Notes: generated by a model from the sequence alone, not told the origin. A stretch of 64,000 nt of DNA from Pseudomonadota bacterium (GCA_043797085.1 JAZDQA010000004.1:128419-192418), one strand, 5' to 3'; counted from the stretch's first letter, positions 27,875 to 40,156 are shown. A program made the numbers and translations.

Positions 27875-28294
27875 ATGATAGATTTAGATAACAGAACCGA
27901 TAAAAATTATAATTTTGCTCTATTGGAGCAAATTGCCGATACGCTTAGTGTCCGTGAAATTGAGCTTATTCTCACCGATAATGATGAAATAGCCCAAATC
28001 AACCGTGAATTTCGAGGCATTGATAAAGCCACGGATGTGCTTAGTTTTCCCAGCGATCCCTTTCCTAATGCACCTCTTGGGAGTATCATTATCAGTGTAG
28101 ACAAAGTCCAAAGTGTTGCTAAAGAGATTGGGCATACCCCTGATAACGAGATTGCCTTGCTCTTTATCCACGGAATGCTTCATCTACTCGGATACGACCA
28201 TGAAGTCGATAGCGGAGAAATGCGTGAACGCGAAAGAGAACTTGTCAACGAATTTAATTTACCGTTGAGCCTGATTGTTCGGACGCAGGGATAA
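27875..28294 (+). CDS. ybeY: rRNA maturation endoribonuclease
   Basis: TDVLSF, HGMLHLLGYDH. Confidence 0.95.
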   Translation: MIDLDNRTDKNYNFALLEQIADTLSVREIELILTDNDEIAQINREFRGIDKATDVLSFPSDPFPNAPLGSIIISVDKVQSVAKEIGHTPDNEIALLFIHGMLHLLGYDHEVDSGEMRERERELVNEFNLPLSLIVRTQG

Positions 28295-30095
28295 TCTTTT
28301 CCGGTTGACCCAGCTTGACGTAACCTAACTCCAGTAATTTATTATAAATCCCCGAAACAATAGTTCCGGCAGCCTCTCCGCCGTGTCCCCCGTGTTCAAT
28401 CAAGACCGTTACAATAAACTGAGGATTATCGGCAGGACCATAGGTGGTAAACCACGCATGGGAACGTTTTAAATACTCCATATTCTTTTCACTTAGACGA
28501 TTTTTAACGCTTTGCCCTATCCCTGTCGTTTGCGCTGTACCTGTTTTTCCTGCGATTGGAAAACGTGTCGAGATAAATGCCTTGGCGGTTCCTCCTTTGT
28601 CATTACAAACAGCTCTCATGGCACTTTGAATGATGGGAAGATTTTTTTTCTCCAATGGGGACAATACATCTTTAGGTTTTGGATCAACAATGCTTGACCC
28701 AATCTTGTACGCGATATGCGGCTTAGGAAGTTTACCCGTTGCCATCAAAGCAGTATATTGCGCTATTTGCATAGGGGTCGTCAAAACATCCCCTTGCCCA
28801 ATGGCAGTATTAAGGGTTTCACCACGATACCATGGCTGTTTAAATTTCTCTATTTTCCATTGTCTGTTTGGAATCGTTCCTATAAATTCATTCGGAAGAT
28901 CGATGGACGTTTTAACCCCCAGACCCATTCGCATCAACCCCGAACTCATCTTTTCTATCCCTAAGTTTAGACTCCCCTTGTAGAAATAATCATCACAACT
29001 TTGGGTAATCGCTTTATGAATCGTAACATCTCCATGACCATGTTGATTCCAGCAACGAAATGACCGATTTCCCAAACGAAAAGATCCCGTACAATTTACA
29101 CCAAAATTTTCATTCATTACACCTGAAGTAATATAAAGAAGTCCCAATCCGGTTTTAATCGTTGAACCGGGCGGATATAATCCGTTTACAACTTTATTCG
29201 TAAACGGTGCATCAACACTGTTAATAAGGTAGTTCCATTGAGCGGTACTTACTCCCTCAACAAATCCATTAAGATCGTACTCCGGATAACTTCCAGCTGC
29301 ATAAAGCGCCCCTTTTGTATCCATAACAATAATGGCACCAACATTGCCCTTAAAAGCCTCTGCAATATACTGCTGAAGACGCATATCAATATTGAGGAGA
29401 AGATTACGATTCTCTTTGGTTGCACTGCGCCCGAGCTCTTCAATTTCAACATTATGCGCATTAACTTTAATCCGCCGTTCCCCTGCTTCACCTTGGAGAT
29501 AAGTATTGTAATATTTTTCAATTCCGGTTTTTCCAACATGCCCTAAGAGTTGTAAAAGTGCGTTATTCTCGACCTCTTTTTGGTTTGCCTTTGCCACATA
29601 TCCAATCAGATGGGATGCCGTTTTTCCATAAGGATAAAGTCGTTTTGGTGATGGCGATATTTTAATCGTCTCACGCAAATTCATCAGTGCATAGAGAGGT
29701 ATCATTGTTTCATGAGGGACAAATTCAACAACATCAATAAAATTATGATTGTAATAGGAATCTTCTTGCTTATACGCTTTGGCAATTTTTTTCGCATCAA
29801 GAGAGGGAATCATAGAAAGTAAATAATTAATCTCTTGATTCAGAAGATGAATATCCTTGCCTTTTGTTAAATGTGGAGCAAGTGAAATTTTAAATCCAAG
29901 TTCATTAATAGCAATAGGTTCCAGATTGCGATCTAAAATCTCTCCGCGAACCGGCGGTGAAAGCTCTGCTTTGATACTGTTGTTTTGAGAGAGCATTTCA
30001 TAATGTTCATTGGATTGAACCGCTAAATCAAACACCCGAACAATGAGTGAGATCCAAGCCAGTATAAAAAAGCCAATTAATAATTTTACTTTCAT
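28254..30095 (-). CDS. mrdA: Penicillin-binding protein 2
   Basis: RGEILDRN, PPGSTIK (SxxK), SCD, GKTGTAQ. Confidence 0.93.
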   Translation of the reverse strand: MKVKLLIGFFILAWISLIVRVFDLAVQSNEHYEMLSQNNSIKAELSPPVRGEILDRNLEPIAINELGFKISLAPHLTKGKDIHLLNQEINYLLSMIPSLDAKKIAKAYKQEDSYYNHNFIDVVEFVPHETMIPLYALMNLRETIKISPSPKRLYPYGKTASHLIGYVAKANQKEVENNALLQLLGHVGKTGIEKYYNTYLQGEAGERRIKVNAHNVEIEELGRSATKENRNLLLNIDMRLQQYIAEAFKGNVGAIIVMDTKGALYAAGSYPEYDLNGFVEGVSTAQWNYLINSVDAPFTNKVVNGLYPPGSTIKTGLGLLYITSGVMNENFGVNCTGSFRLGNRSFRCWNQHGHGDVTIHKAITQSCDDYFYKGSLNLGIEKMSSGLMRMGLGVKTSIDLPNEFIGTIPNRQWKIEKFKQPWYRGETLNTAIGQGDVLTTPMQIAQYTALMATGKLPKPHIAYKIGSSIVDPKPKDVLSPLEKKNLPIIQSAMRAVCNDKGGTAKAFISTRFPIAGKTGTAQTTGIGQSVKNRLSEKNMEYLKRSHAWFTTYGPADNPQFIVTVLIEHGGHGGEAAGTIVSGIYNKLLELGYVKLGQPEKIIPASEQSGSTVN

Positions 30096-30565
30096 CAGAA
30101 CATCGCAATCAAGGCAAATTCAATTGCCATATATAAAAAAGTATGCCACTCAAATGCGGGTAAAGCGAGAAGAAAAATACCATTAATCATCGTAATAAAC
30201 ACCCAAAAAAGAAGATAGCTAGCAGCCACAAAAAGAGCTTTAATGCACAGTTTACATCGCATGGTTTGCTCAAGATATGGAAGAGCATAATGACTCAAAA
30301 GAATAAAAAAAAGTATTGAACTTCCAAACCAGTATCCTTTTTCGGCCTCAATAATCAACAGCATAAGTGAAAAAATTATAAGAGAATAAAGATCATGACG
30401 CTGCAGAGAACGATAGAATAAATAACCTACCAATGCCAACATAGGGGGCAAAAACAGATAAATACTGCTAAGTGAACTGTAAATACCAAAAACAACAACC
30501 CATAAAAGGCTGCTTAGAGCGTTTTGATAAGTGATACTTCGTTGCATATCGGAAAATGTTTGCAT
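30095..30565 (-). CDS. Membrane protein (MreD-like position)
   Basis: Multiple TM segments, directly upstream of mrdA; start uncertain. Confidence 0.6.
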   Translation of the reverse strand: MQTFSDMQRSITYQNALSSLLWVVVFGIYSSLSSIYLFLPPMLALVGYLFYRSLQRHDLYSLIIFSLMLLIIEAEKGYWFGSSILFFILLSHYALPYLEQTMRCKLCIKALFVAASYLLFWVFITMINGIFLLALPAFEWHTFLYMAIEFALIAMF

Positions 30566-30978
30566 TTAATGCAGTCAGCCCAAATTTTATGTTCGGGGAT
30601 GGTCTCTTTGGGGATTTCTACAAATCCGAGACGTTCAAAAAAGGTTCGTTGATAGGTAAGCGCCAATACTTCACGAAGTCCTAAAAGATTTCCTTCATCG
30701 CATACTTTGGCTACCAAAGTACTTCCGATGTTTTGCCCGCGATAACTGCTGTCAATAATCATAGAACGAATTTCAGCAAGATTAGGCGAATGAATATGAA
30801 GCGCACAGAATCCTACTAATTTATCACCATCCATTGCCAAAGTATACGAACGTATGTTGGTAGCTATTTCATCATCACTTCGATATAAAATAACGCCGCT
30901 TTGGATTTCTGGCTCTACAAGGTTTTGCATGGCTGGAATATCCAATAATGAGGCTTTTTTATACGTAATCTGACTCAC
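30514..30978 (-). CDS. GNAT acetyltransferase (short ArgA-like)
   Basis: LAEIRS, RGQNIGS.LV, FFERLGF, KIWADC.KC. Confidence 0.85.
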   Translation of the reverse strand: MSQITYKKASLLDIPAMQNLVEPEIQSGVILYRSDDEIATNIRSYTLAMDGDKLVGFCALHIHSPNLAEIRSMIIDSSYRGQNIGSTLVAKVCDEGNLLGLREVLALTYQRTFFERLGFVEIPKETIPEHKIWADCIKCKHFPICNEVSLIKTL

Positions 30979-31586
30979 TCACTGCTACCTTTTAACATCC
31001 CATAAAGGACGGAAACAATTTTATCAACGCCCTTGCGCTTACTGTTGGAAATCATCAATGCATCCGGAAATCGATTCTTAAGTACTGAAAGTTCTTTTTG
31101 ATTTAATTTGTCAATCTTCGTATACACTTGGAGAATATACTGATCTTCCGTACAAATCTCACTGAGATACTGTGCTACCGAGGCATCGATCTCTAAATCC
31201 GGATGACGGCAATCGATGAGATGAACAAATACACGTATTTGCTTACGTTCCGAAATAAAATTCGTCAGATTGCTTTCCCAATCGCTTTTTAAGCTTTTTG
31301 CTACTTTGGCATATCCAAAACCGGGAAGATCCACCAAAATTGCACGGTTCTTTTCCCCAGATTCCCGATCCATAAAAATAACGTCAAAATAATTGATAAG
31401 ACGTGTTTTACCCGGCGTTGAGGATACTTTCGCAAGCGATTTTCTCTGTGTTAATGTATTAAGAAGTGAACTTTTCCCCGTATTGGAACGTGCCATGAAA
31501 GCGATTTCATTTTGAAATTCATTTTCGGGAGCCAAACGGATAGTAGGCGCAGAGGTAAGAAAGGCTGATTCAATAATTTCAATCAT
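30975..31586 (-). CDS. engB: GTP-binding protein EngB/YihA
   Basis: RSNTGKSS, STPGKT, DLPGFGYA, TKIDK. Confidence 0.93.
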   Translation of the reverse strand: MIEIIESAFLTSAPTIRLAPENEFQNEIAFMARSNTGKSSLLNTLTQRKSLAKVSSTPGKTRLINYFDVIFMDRESGEKNRAILVDLPGFGYAKVAKSLKSDWESNLTNFISERKQIRVFVHLIDCRHPDLEIDASVAQYLSEICTEDQYILQVYTKIDKLNQKELSVLKNRFPDALMISNSKRKGVDKIVSVLYGMLKGSSE

Positions 31587-32074
31587 TTTTGACTACTTTT
31601 TTTAGTTGTATTTTTGTCTTGCAAGGTAAACACCATAATAACAGGTTCACCCCCTGCACTATCAGCACTTGCATGCCCTTTTAGCGTATTTAGGACTACT
31701 TTATCACCTTTTACCCGACGATAATCATCGATGCGAATAAGATCCACTTTTTGATAAAACTGATATTCGTTTTCATTGGGCATGTAGATGACTTTTTGTG
31801 CTACACCGCGATATTTTTCACCCATTTCCGTGACAATATAAAAAGAGACACTTCCCTCTGCCATGTATTTTACGGGCTTACGAGAAGCATCTGTATAAAT
31901 TGTCACCTTAGTAGCATTAAGTTCATCTTGTCCTTTGGTCACTTTGACGTTTCCCGTAAAAACGGATACCCCTTGAGGCTGATCCCCTTTAAAGTTATCA
32001 GAAATGACTTTTAACTCTTGGGCACCCAGTGATAATGTCAATAAAAATGTTAATAATGTTAATTTTTTAATCAT
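31583..32074 (-). CDS. lptA: LPS transport periplasmic protein
   Basis: Signal peptide, FTGNVKVTKG, A.GSV OstA-like fold; next to lptC and kdsC. Confidence 0.85.
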   Translation of the reverse strand: MIKKLTLLTFLLTLSLGAQELKVISDNFKGDQPQGVSVFTGNVKVTKGQDELNATKVTIYTDASRKPVKYMAEGSVSFYIVTEMGEKYRGVAQKVIYMPNENEYQFYQKVDLIRIDDYRRVKGDKVVLNTLKGHASADSAGGEPVIMVFTLQDKNTTKKSSQK

Positions 32075-32082
32075 ATTGTTCC

Positions 32083-32592
32083 CTATTTTAGTTGATAACT
32101 TGCTCGGATTTGATCCGCTGAAACCGTATCAAGATTCAAATCATAAAGAAGATGCCTTCCCTCGATACTATTTTCATTTTTAGTAATTGTAAATGCTTCC
32201 TCTGTCGTTAAAAAAGAGCGTTTTTGATCATACATCCCTTCGTTAGAGTGAAACTGAAGTCCATCCGAACGGGCATAATAAACTTTGCCCTCAAGGGTAA
32301 TCACATCATCTTTATACAAGGCGCTGTTGGCACGAATGGATTCAAGTAAGGCTTTTTCATTATTCGTAAACTTTGCGTCACTTACTTCATAGCGGTCTGA
32401 AAATCGTTTTCCATGCTCACCTTCAAAAAAACGATCAATTCTCTCAGGCGAAATTTCATAAATTACAAATTTATCCAGTTCAAACGAAGGAACCTCTTTC
32501 GACGCTAATTGGTCATGTTTTAGAGGTTTAAAATAACTAAACATTCCCACAAGAAGAGTCAAGATAAGGATGAAAAAGATATTGATCGACAT
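32083..32592 (-). CDS. lptC: LPS export protein LptC-like
   Basis: N-terminal TM anchor, beta-jellyroll-like remainder, kdsC-lptC-lptA order. Confidence 0.7.
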   Translation of the reverse strand: MSINIFFILILTLLVGMFSYFKPLKHDQLASKEVPSFELDKFVIYEISPERIDRFFEGEHGKRFSDRYEVSDAKFTNNEKALLESIRANSALYKDDVITLEGKVYYARSDGLQFHSNEGMYDQKRSFLTTEEAFTITKNENSIEGRHLLYDLNLDTVSADQIRASYQLK

Positions 32593-33084
32593 CTATACCC
32601 AAAACTCTAAAAAACGCTCTTCATCATTGTTTTCTTTGACAATAATCTCAATCATTTCACGAACACACGCATCTCCGCCGACACGATCAAGAACGTGAGC
32701 GATGGGTTTTAGGTAATGTGATCCATCATTGGGGGTAAATGGACGACCAGCCCATTGTAAAAGACGATAATCGTTCAAATCATCCCCGATTACCGCAACC
32801 TCTTCGGGTAAGATCCCAAGTTTGCTGCATAACTCTTGTGCAACACCAAGTTTATCTTTGACCCCTTGATAAAAATGGGGAATATCCAGTTCACGAGCGC
32901 GATTGGATACAATTTGTGAATCACGACCCGTAATAATTGCTACATCATAGCCCATTTTAATGATTAGCTTAATGGCAAAACCGTCTCTGACGTGGAAATT
33001 TTTAAGCTCCACTCCTTCATTAGTATAGGTTATTTTACCATCACTCATGCATCCGTCAACATCGAGAATTAACAATCGAATCAC
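32593..33084 (-). CDS. kdsC: KDO 8-phosphate phosphatase
   Basis: DVDGCMSDG, IITGR, GDDLND, GGDACVRE. Confidence 0.92.
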   Translation of the reverse strand: MIRLLILDVDGCMSDGKITYTNEGVELKNFHVRDGFAIKLIIKMGYDVAIITGRDSQIVSNRARELDIPHFYQGVKDKLGVAQELCSKLGILPEEVAVIGDDLNDYRLLQWAGRPFTPNDGSHYLKPIAHVLDRVGGDACVREMIEIIVKENNDEERFLEFWV

Positions 33085-33653
33085 AAAACACCTTTAGTGC
33101 TTGGAACACCCGCTCGATCATTTTTACTCAACGCACGGCGTAATGCAACGGCAAATGATTTAAATGCCGCTTCAAGAATATGGTGTTTATTGTTTCCGCG
33201 CTGTTGAATGATATGGGCAGTAATACCGGCATTGAATACGACTGCACGAAAAAATTCTTCGGTCAGTTCTGTATCAAACTGCCCTACTTTTCCCTCAACA
33301 TCTAACTCGCAAAGTAAAAAAGGACGATTACTAAGATCAAGATCACAGCTAACACTCGCTTCATCCATAACGACAACTGCATTACCGAATCGCTCTACCC
33401 CTTGTATGGGATAAATAGCTTCTCGTAATGCTTGACCCAATACAATACCAATATCTTCAACACTGTGATGGTCATCAATATGCGTGTCACCGGCACAGCT
33501 AATGGTTAAATCCATCCAAGCATGTTTAGCAAAACTTTCCAACATATGGTCTAAAAAGCCGACACCCGTTGAAATAGTACTTTTACCCTCACCTTCTATC
33601 GTGAGTGAAAGACGAATATCGGTCTCTTTGGTTTTACGTTCTTTTTGAATCAT
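33081..33653 (-). CDS. hisB: Imidazoleglycerol-phosphate dehydratase
   Basis: RKTKETDI, DDHHSVED, NKHH, PSTKGVL; start at ATG 33653. Confidence 0.95.
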   Translation of the reverse strand: MIQKERKTKETDIRLSLTIEGEGKSTISTGVGFLDHMLESFAKHAWMDLTISCAGDTHIDDHHSVEDIGIVLGQALREAIYPIQGVERFGNAVVVMDEASVSCDLDLSNRPFLLCELDVEGKVGQFDTELTEEFFRAVVFNAGITAHIIQQRGNNKHHILEAAFKSFAVALRRALSKNDRAGVPSTKGVL

Positions 33654-33654
33654 C

Positions 33655-34464
33655 TCATTCCCTTGTGATAAACTGCCCGTCAAAATAGCCTTTTGCTATA
33701 AAATCACGTGCTTCAGCTTCACTTCTAAACCCACGTAACCAAATACGGAATAATTTATCGTTATTATACTCTGAATCTTTAATGATTGCAGAGTATCCAT
33801 TGAAACTCACGTATTTTTTTTGAGTTTCAAGCGCTCCGTTTATTTTTGAAAATGCTCCAATTTGGACGGCAAAAGAATTTAACACTTCTTGTCGAGGTCC
33901 TGCCGCCATTGCTGTGTAATCAATTGATTTATACCCTGTGGGTTCAAACCCCAATACCTCCAAACGTACCTGTGAACTTCCCTTGCCCACTAGGTCAATC
34001 TCTTTGGCAGCGGATAATGACAAATCAATGATCCTGCTTTCAACAAAGGGACCGCGATCATTAATCCGAACAACCGTTACGCGATTATTCTCTAAATTAG
34101 TCACTTTCACAACAGTATTCATAGGTAAAGTCTTGTGCGCAGCAGTCATTGCATACATATCATATCCCTCACCGCTGGAGGTAGGTTTACCGTGAAAATC
34201 AGAGCCATACCAGCTCGCACGCCCGCTTGAAGTATCTCCGACGTTAACAACAGTCGGGTAATACTCTTTGCCAAACACGGTATAAGGACGCATAGAAGCA
34301 ACACTCTCCCCATTTTTCTTTTTTAATCCGGAAGGGGCATTATCTAAATTTTCAGATGGATATTTTTTTGAAGGCTTTTGACTTTGATACGGATAAGAAC
34401 CTTTAAACGTAGTACATCCACTTAAAGTAAGGATTAAAACGGCTAAAAAAAATCTAATGTACAA
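33655..34464 (-). CDS. rlpA: Septal ring lytic transglycosylase RlpA
   Basis: Lipobox LSGC, ASWYG, TAAHKTLP, RINDRGPF, C-terminal SPOR domain. Confidence 0.92.
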   Translation of the reverse strand: MYIRFFLAVLILTLSGCTTFKGSYPYQSQKPSKKYPSENLDNAPSGLKKKNGESVASMRPYTVFGKEYYPTVVNVGDTSSGRASWYGSDFHGKPTSSGEGYDMYAMTAAHKTLPMNTVVKVTNLENNRVTVVRINDRGPFVESRIIDLSLSAAKEIDLVGKGSSQVRLEVLGFEPTGYKSIDYTAMAAGPRQEVLNSFAVQIGAFSKINGALETQKKYVSFNGYSAIIKDSEYNNDKLFRIWLRGFRSEAEARDFIAKGYFDGQFITRE

Positions 34465-35668
34465 CTTTAATTTCCTCTTTTTCGTCTGTTCTCATAGAAT
34501 CGAATGGATTTTTAATTTTTACTTGCTTGAAGTCAAAATTATACACTTTAGGGACTGAAGCAGGGATTTTGTCAGTGAGAGAAAACTCTTTTTTTATAAA
34601 TGAATTACTCATAGGAATTTTTACTATACGATTTTCTTTAAAATCCTCGCGAATCCCAATCATATTTTCGGTCATAATGGTTGATTTGTCAATATTAAAA
34701 CGTTTTGAAAGCGATGTCAATGTCTCTCCTGATTTAACTTTATGCATGACAAAATATTTTTTCAATTCACTTGGTCGATATTTTTCTTCAAATAGGGCAA
34801 GTTTGTCTTCCGGAATATAAACAGGGTAAGAATTTTGGCTTGGAGGAGTAACACCCTGTTTTAGATGGGTATTTAATAACTTTAATTTTTGTTTTGGCAT
34901 TTCCAATACGGCGGCAATTTTATCAATATATTCACCTTCAGGGAGATAAACCGTTGCTATCGGATTTTTAGATGCCACCCCTATGAGATGTTCATATTGT
35001 ATCTGTTCCAAAAAAACCCGGTCACTTGCGAGCAATGCAAGGGCAATAATACGACGAATATAGCGTCTGCTCTCTGGCGGAATATACCCTTTGTTCGGAT
35101 TAGCCAATACATGCAAATCAGTGCTGCCTGCTTTGCGTATAGCACTTCTTAATTTCCCATCACCGCAATTGTAAGCAATAATAGCTAGATACCATTTACC
35201 AAATTGACGATGCAATTGTGAAAGATAGCTAATGGCAGCGCGTGTAGATTTAATATGGTCACGTCGTTCATCAACATATGGGGTAATGGCTAAACCATGA
35301 ATTTTTCCTGTTTCGGGCATAAACTGCCATAATCCGCTTGCCCCCTTTGAAGAGGTTGCAAGGGTATCAAGTCCCGATTCCGCTAAAACAATAAATAAAA
35401 ACTCAGCAGGTAAATCCGATTGCGCAATCAAAGAAGAAATCATGGGGATAAAGATATCGGCATTTTCGCTCGAATTAGCAAAACCATTCAACGTACAATC
35501 ACGTTTTCGTGCCACATATATATCATGAAGATACGGATCATTTAAAAACGAAGAGGGGATATCAAAATGTTTTAAGACTTCCGATTTTTTAGCATCATTG
35601 GGATCAAATGCGAGTGAATATAAATAAAAAGGGACGAAAGTGATAAATAAGAACCAGCGCAATATCAC
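34454..35668 (-). CDS. mltD: MltD-like lytic transglycosylase with LysM
   Basis: AESG, ASGLWQFM, DERRD, AYNCG, HKVKSGETL. Confidence 0.85.
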   Translation of the reverse strand: MILRWFLFITFVPFYLYSLAFDPNDAKKSEVLKHFDIPSSFLNDPYLHDIYVARKRDCTLNGFANSSENADIFIPMISSLIAQSDLPAEFLFIVLAESGLDTLATSSKGASGLWQFMPETGKIHGLAITPYVDERRDHIKSTRAAISYLSQLHRQFGKWYLAIIAYNCGDGKLRSAIRKAGSTDLHVLANPNKGYIPPESRRYIRRIIALALLASDRVFLEQIQYEHLIGVASKNPIATVYLPEGEYIDKIAAVLEMPKQKLKLLNTHLKQGVTPPSQNSYPVYIPEDKLALFEEKYRPSELKKYFVMHKVKSGETLTSLSKRFNIDKSTIMTENMIGIREDFKENRIVKIPMSNSFIKKEFSLTDKIPASVPKVYNFDFKQVKIKNPFDSMRTDEKEEIKVVH

Positions 35669-35715
35669 CTCCTGATTTTTAAGATATATTGATAACTGTA
35701 GAAAGTATCATACCC

Positions 35716-36498
35716 TTAAGTTATTAAATTTCCAAATAACCGTATAGCATTGGCAGTCGTTAATGACTCTATCTCTTCTAAAGGTATATGTAAAATATCA
35801 GACATCTTTTGAGCCACTAAAGTGGTATAGGAAGGCTCGTTACGTGTTCCTCTATGCGGGTGAGGCGTTAAATACGGGCCATCCGTTTCGATCAAAAGTT
35901 TATCCGTTGGGATACGAGGAAAAACATTTACTAATTTCTTGGCATTTGAAAAAGTCACGACTCCGCCGATTCCAAAATAAAAATTTTCATGCGCAAGGCT
36001 GAGCAGTTCATCGTCAGCATTGTAGCAATGAAGCACTCCTCCAACTTCACCTGCACCCTCGGACAGCAATATCATTTTTGAATCATGACTTGCATCACGA
36101 ATATGGACAATAAGTGGTTTTTTTACCTTTTTTGCAAAACGTATTTGAAATCTAAACGCATCTTCTTGTCGCTTTTTTTCCGCTGATTTTTCCTCATCAC
36201 TTCCCTCAAGTCGATAATAATCCATCCCGCATTCTCCGATAGCTACACATTTTGGATGAGCCGCGTAGTGTTCAAAATCCAAGCCTTCCAAACCCTCTAA
36301 ATCATACGGATGAACCCCTACTGCAAAATAAATATTTTCATACAGTTCACATAACTCAACGGCTCGTTTTAGAGTTGAGGGATGTGCTCCGGGAATAATA
36401 AAACTTTTAACACCAACGCTCAAAGCTCGCTGTATCATCTCCTCAAAATCCTCACGGTACCGTTCATCATCAAGATGAATATGGGTATCAATAATCAT
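35716..36498 (-). CDS. tatD: TatD family hydrolase
   Basis: DTHIH, GVHP, IGECGMDY, ETDGPYLTP. Confidence 0.92.
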   Translation of the reverse strand: MIIDTHIHLDDERYREDFEEMIQRALSVGVKSFIIPGAHPSTLKRAVELCELYENIYFAVGVHPYDLEGLEGLDFEHYAAHPKCVAIGECGMDYYRLEGSDEEKSAEKKRQEDAFRFQIRFAKKVKKPLIVHIRDASHDSKMILLSEGAGEVGGVLHCYNADDELLSLAHENFYFGIGGVVTFSNAKKLVNVFPRIPTDKLLIETDGPYLTPHPHRGTRNEPSYTTLVAQKMSDILHIPLEEIESLTTANAIRLFGNLIT

Positions 36499-38042
36499 TT
36501 GGTATACTCCGTTCGTACACGTTCATATAACTCTTTTGCAAAACCTTTTGCTTCGTTACTGACACCATCACCGCTAATAATCCGAGCTATTTCATCAATA
36601 CGCTCTTCATCACTCAGCTCCCGAACACGACTTTCATCCTCTTTATAAATTAAAAAATGCTGTTCTCCCATGGACGTTAACTGCGGTTGATGGGAAATGA
36701 CAAAAATTTGATATTTGGTTGAGAGATGACGTAAAACTTTGGCAACGCTCATCGACTCTTCACCGCTGAGATTTGCATCGATTTCATCAAGCATCAAAAC
36801 ACCGCCTTGCTCATTCATGCATTCTACTTTAAGTGCCAAAAGTGCGAGACGCAGACGATTAAACTCACCGGAACTGAGTTTTTCAAGCTTCGTACCCTCA
36901 AGTCCCAACATTACACGGTCGATTCCCAATGACGTATGCTCAATTTTTTCAATGCTCAACGTTGCACTTCTCAAATAAAGCATAGAAAGATAATCATTCA
37001 GCTTGTCACGCGTTATTTCAATTTCGTGTTGGCGCTTTTGAGAAAGTTCTTGTGCGCATGAGGTTAATTCAATTTCAAGTTTACCAATTTGCTGTTGCAA
37101 TTTGCTTTTTGAATACTCTATATTTTGATACGATTCAAGCTCAATGGCTTTTTGCTCTCGATATTTTAATGCTTCTTCAATACTCCCGTAACGTCGTTTT
37201 AACTCAGACAAAAGCTCTATTCTGTCGAGTACAGTTTCAATAGAAGTCTCTTCAAGCATCTCTAATTTTTCCAATGAATTTTCAAAAACACCCCGTAATT
37301 CATTCATAGTATCGTCAAAAAAACTACTTTGCGTATCCAAAAGAGCCAGCGCATTGGAGACGTGATTTTCAAAACGAAAAATATCTTCTGCAGCATGGAT
37401 AGCTTCTTCGATCTTCTCTTTTTTTGAAAGCTGTTTTTTGATGATATTTAGCTCTTCATCTTCTCCGACAGTAGGTTTTATAGCATCGATTTTAGCTATT
37501 TCATACGTTGCAAACTCTTTAAGCTCTACTAGCTTTTTCTCTTGATCTTCAATGGATTTTAATTCATCGTTAAGAGATTTGTATTCTAAAAAAACTTCTT
37601 TGTGCTTTTTGACGCTTGCGTGATGTTGGTCATCAGCGAGAGAAATCCGCTCATCCAACAATCCAATTAGGGATACCGCATCAAAATCTGTGTAGTCTTT
37701 CAGACTCAAATGACGCAAATAGCCTGAACTAATGGATTCCATTGAGGATTTTGAAGCACGCTGATTGTTGATGAAATAAGAAGTTTTTTCTTTTTTTACG
37801 TGTCGAAAAATATTGGTACTTTCATTGTCTATTCCGTATTTTTCTTCATCGATTTGCCATGCGACTGAAGACTCACATATACTGGCATCAACGCTGTCTA
37901 ACCCTACGGAAGCCAATATAGAGCGCATTAAAATAGATTTTCCGCTGCCGCTTGGTCCTGTAAAGACAATTAACCCCGGTTTAAATTCAAGCTCTGCTTC
38001 TTTAAAACTAAGAAATTCTTTGAGATAAAATCGTTCTATCAC
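36495..38042 (-). CDS. recN: DNA repair protein RecN
   Basis: TGPSGSGKS, coiled coil, LSSGE, DEIDAN, ISHQPQ; follows nadK. Confidence 0.9.
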   Translation of the reverse strand: MIERFYLKEFLSFKEAELEFKPGLIVFTGPSGSGKSILMRSILASVGLDSVDASICESSVAWQIDEEKYGIDNESTNIFRHVKKEKTSYFINNQRASKSSMESISSGYLRHLSLKDYTDFDAVSLIGLLDERISLADDQHHASVKKHKEVFLEYKSLNDELKSIEDQEKKLVELKEFATYEIAKIDAIKPTVGEDEELNIIKKQLSKKEKIEEAIHAAEDIFRFENHVSNALALLDTQSSFFDDTMNELRGVFENSLEKLEMLEETSIETVLDRIELLSELKRRYGSIEEALKYREQKAIELESYQNIEYSKSKLQQQIGKLEIELTSCAQELSQKRQHEIEITRDKLNDYLSMLYLRSATLSIEKIEHTSLGIDRVMLGLEGTKLEKLSSGEFNRLRLALLALKVECMNEQGGVLMLDEIDANLSGEESMSVAKVLRHLSTKYQIFVISHQPQLTSMGEQHFLIYKEDESRVRELSDEERIDEIARIISGDGVSNEAKGFAKELYERVRTEYTK

Positions 38043-38903
38043 CTATTTCCCCCAACCGAGTTTTTCTTTTAGCACTTCAAAATAGTTAAACTCTTTTCGA
38101 TGAATAAGATGAGCACTGCCGCTTGCTAGTTTAATGTACACCGTATCACTGTCTGTAATTTCAACCATGTCCTGCCCATCAACGATAACTAAAGCACTGC
38201 TATCAGGAGTTTTGATCTCAATTTCATAATGACCAGGAAGAACAACTGGTCGTTGAGTTAAAGAATGCGGACAGATAGGAGTTAATGCAAAAACACTTGT
38301 AAGTGGAAACAATACGGGCCCTCCGGCTGAAAGGTTATATGCTGTTGATCCGGTTGGAGTCGAAATTACTACACCATCACCATAATAGGTATTAAAAGCT
38401 TTTCCTTCAACATACGTTTCTAATCGAATCATTTTGGAGATTGATGGACGTGTTAAAACAATGTCATTAAAAGCAACAACTTGACTGACACCACTTTTAG
38501 TCGTGATAGTCGCTTGAAGCATTGCCCTCTCATCAATACGATACTCACCCGTAAAAAGTTTATCAACAAATGTTTCAAGCTCACAAAAATCCAAATCCGC
38601 TAAAAAGCCTAATTTCCCGGCATGAATACCCAAAACAGGAAGTTGAAAATCATAGGATCGACGTACGGCTGAGATAAGTGTACCGTCCCCGCCAATGGTG
38701 ACTAAAAAGTCACAATTACGGCACATCATTTCAAACGGCTGACCCATCACGTCAATCATTCCACCGCTAATATGATCAATATAAACCTCAATACCTCGAG
38801 ATTCAAAAATTCTCTTTGCTTCTAAGAACATCTCTTTAAGTTCAGGAGTTGAGGGTCGCAAAACAATACCCACACGTTTAAGATTATCTAGTTTCAATTT
38901 CAT
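38043..38903 (-). CDS. nadK: NAD kinase
   Basis: GGDGT, G.LGFL, STPTGSTAYNLSAGGP. Confidence 0.95.
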   Translation of the reverse strand: MKLKLDNLKRVGIVLRPSTPELKEMFLEAKRIFESRGIEVYIDHISGGMIDVMGQPFEMMCRNCDFLVTIGGDGTLISAVRRSYDFQLPVLGIHAGKLGFLADLDFCELETFVDKLFTGEYRIDERAMLQATITTKSGVSQVVAFNDIVLTRPSISKMIRLETYVEGKAFNTYYGDGVVISTPTGSTAYNLSAGGPVLFPLTSVFALTPICPHSLTQRPVVLPGHYEIEIKTPDSSALVIVDGQDMVEITDSDTVYIKLASGSAHLIHRKEFNYFEVLKEKLGWGK

Positions 38904-39028
38904 TCTCGTAGTTTTTAATTTTAATAGGGACTTATTATAACGAAGTTTTTAAAATTGAAAAATTATGTGACAGATTGCAATATTTTTTATTTGTCGTTAT
39001 TTAGATAAAATACGAAAAAATCAAATGA

Positions 39029-40156
<1,128 letters not shown>
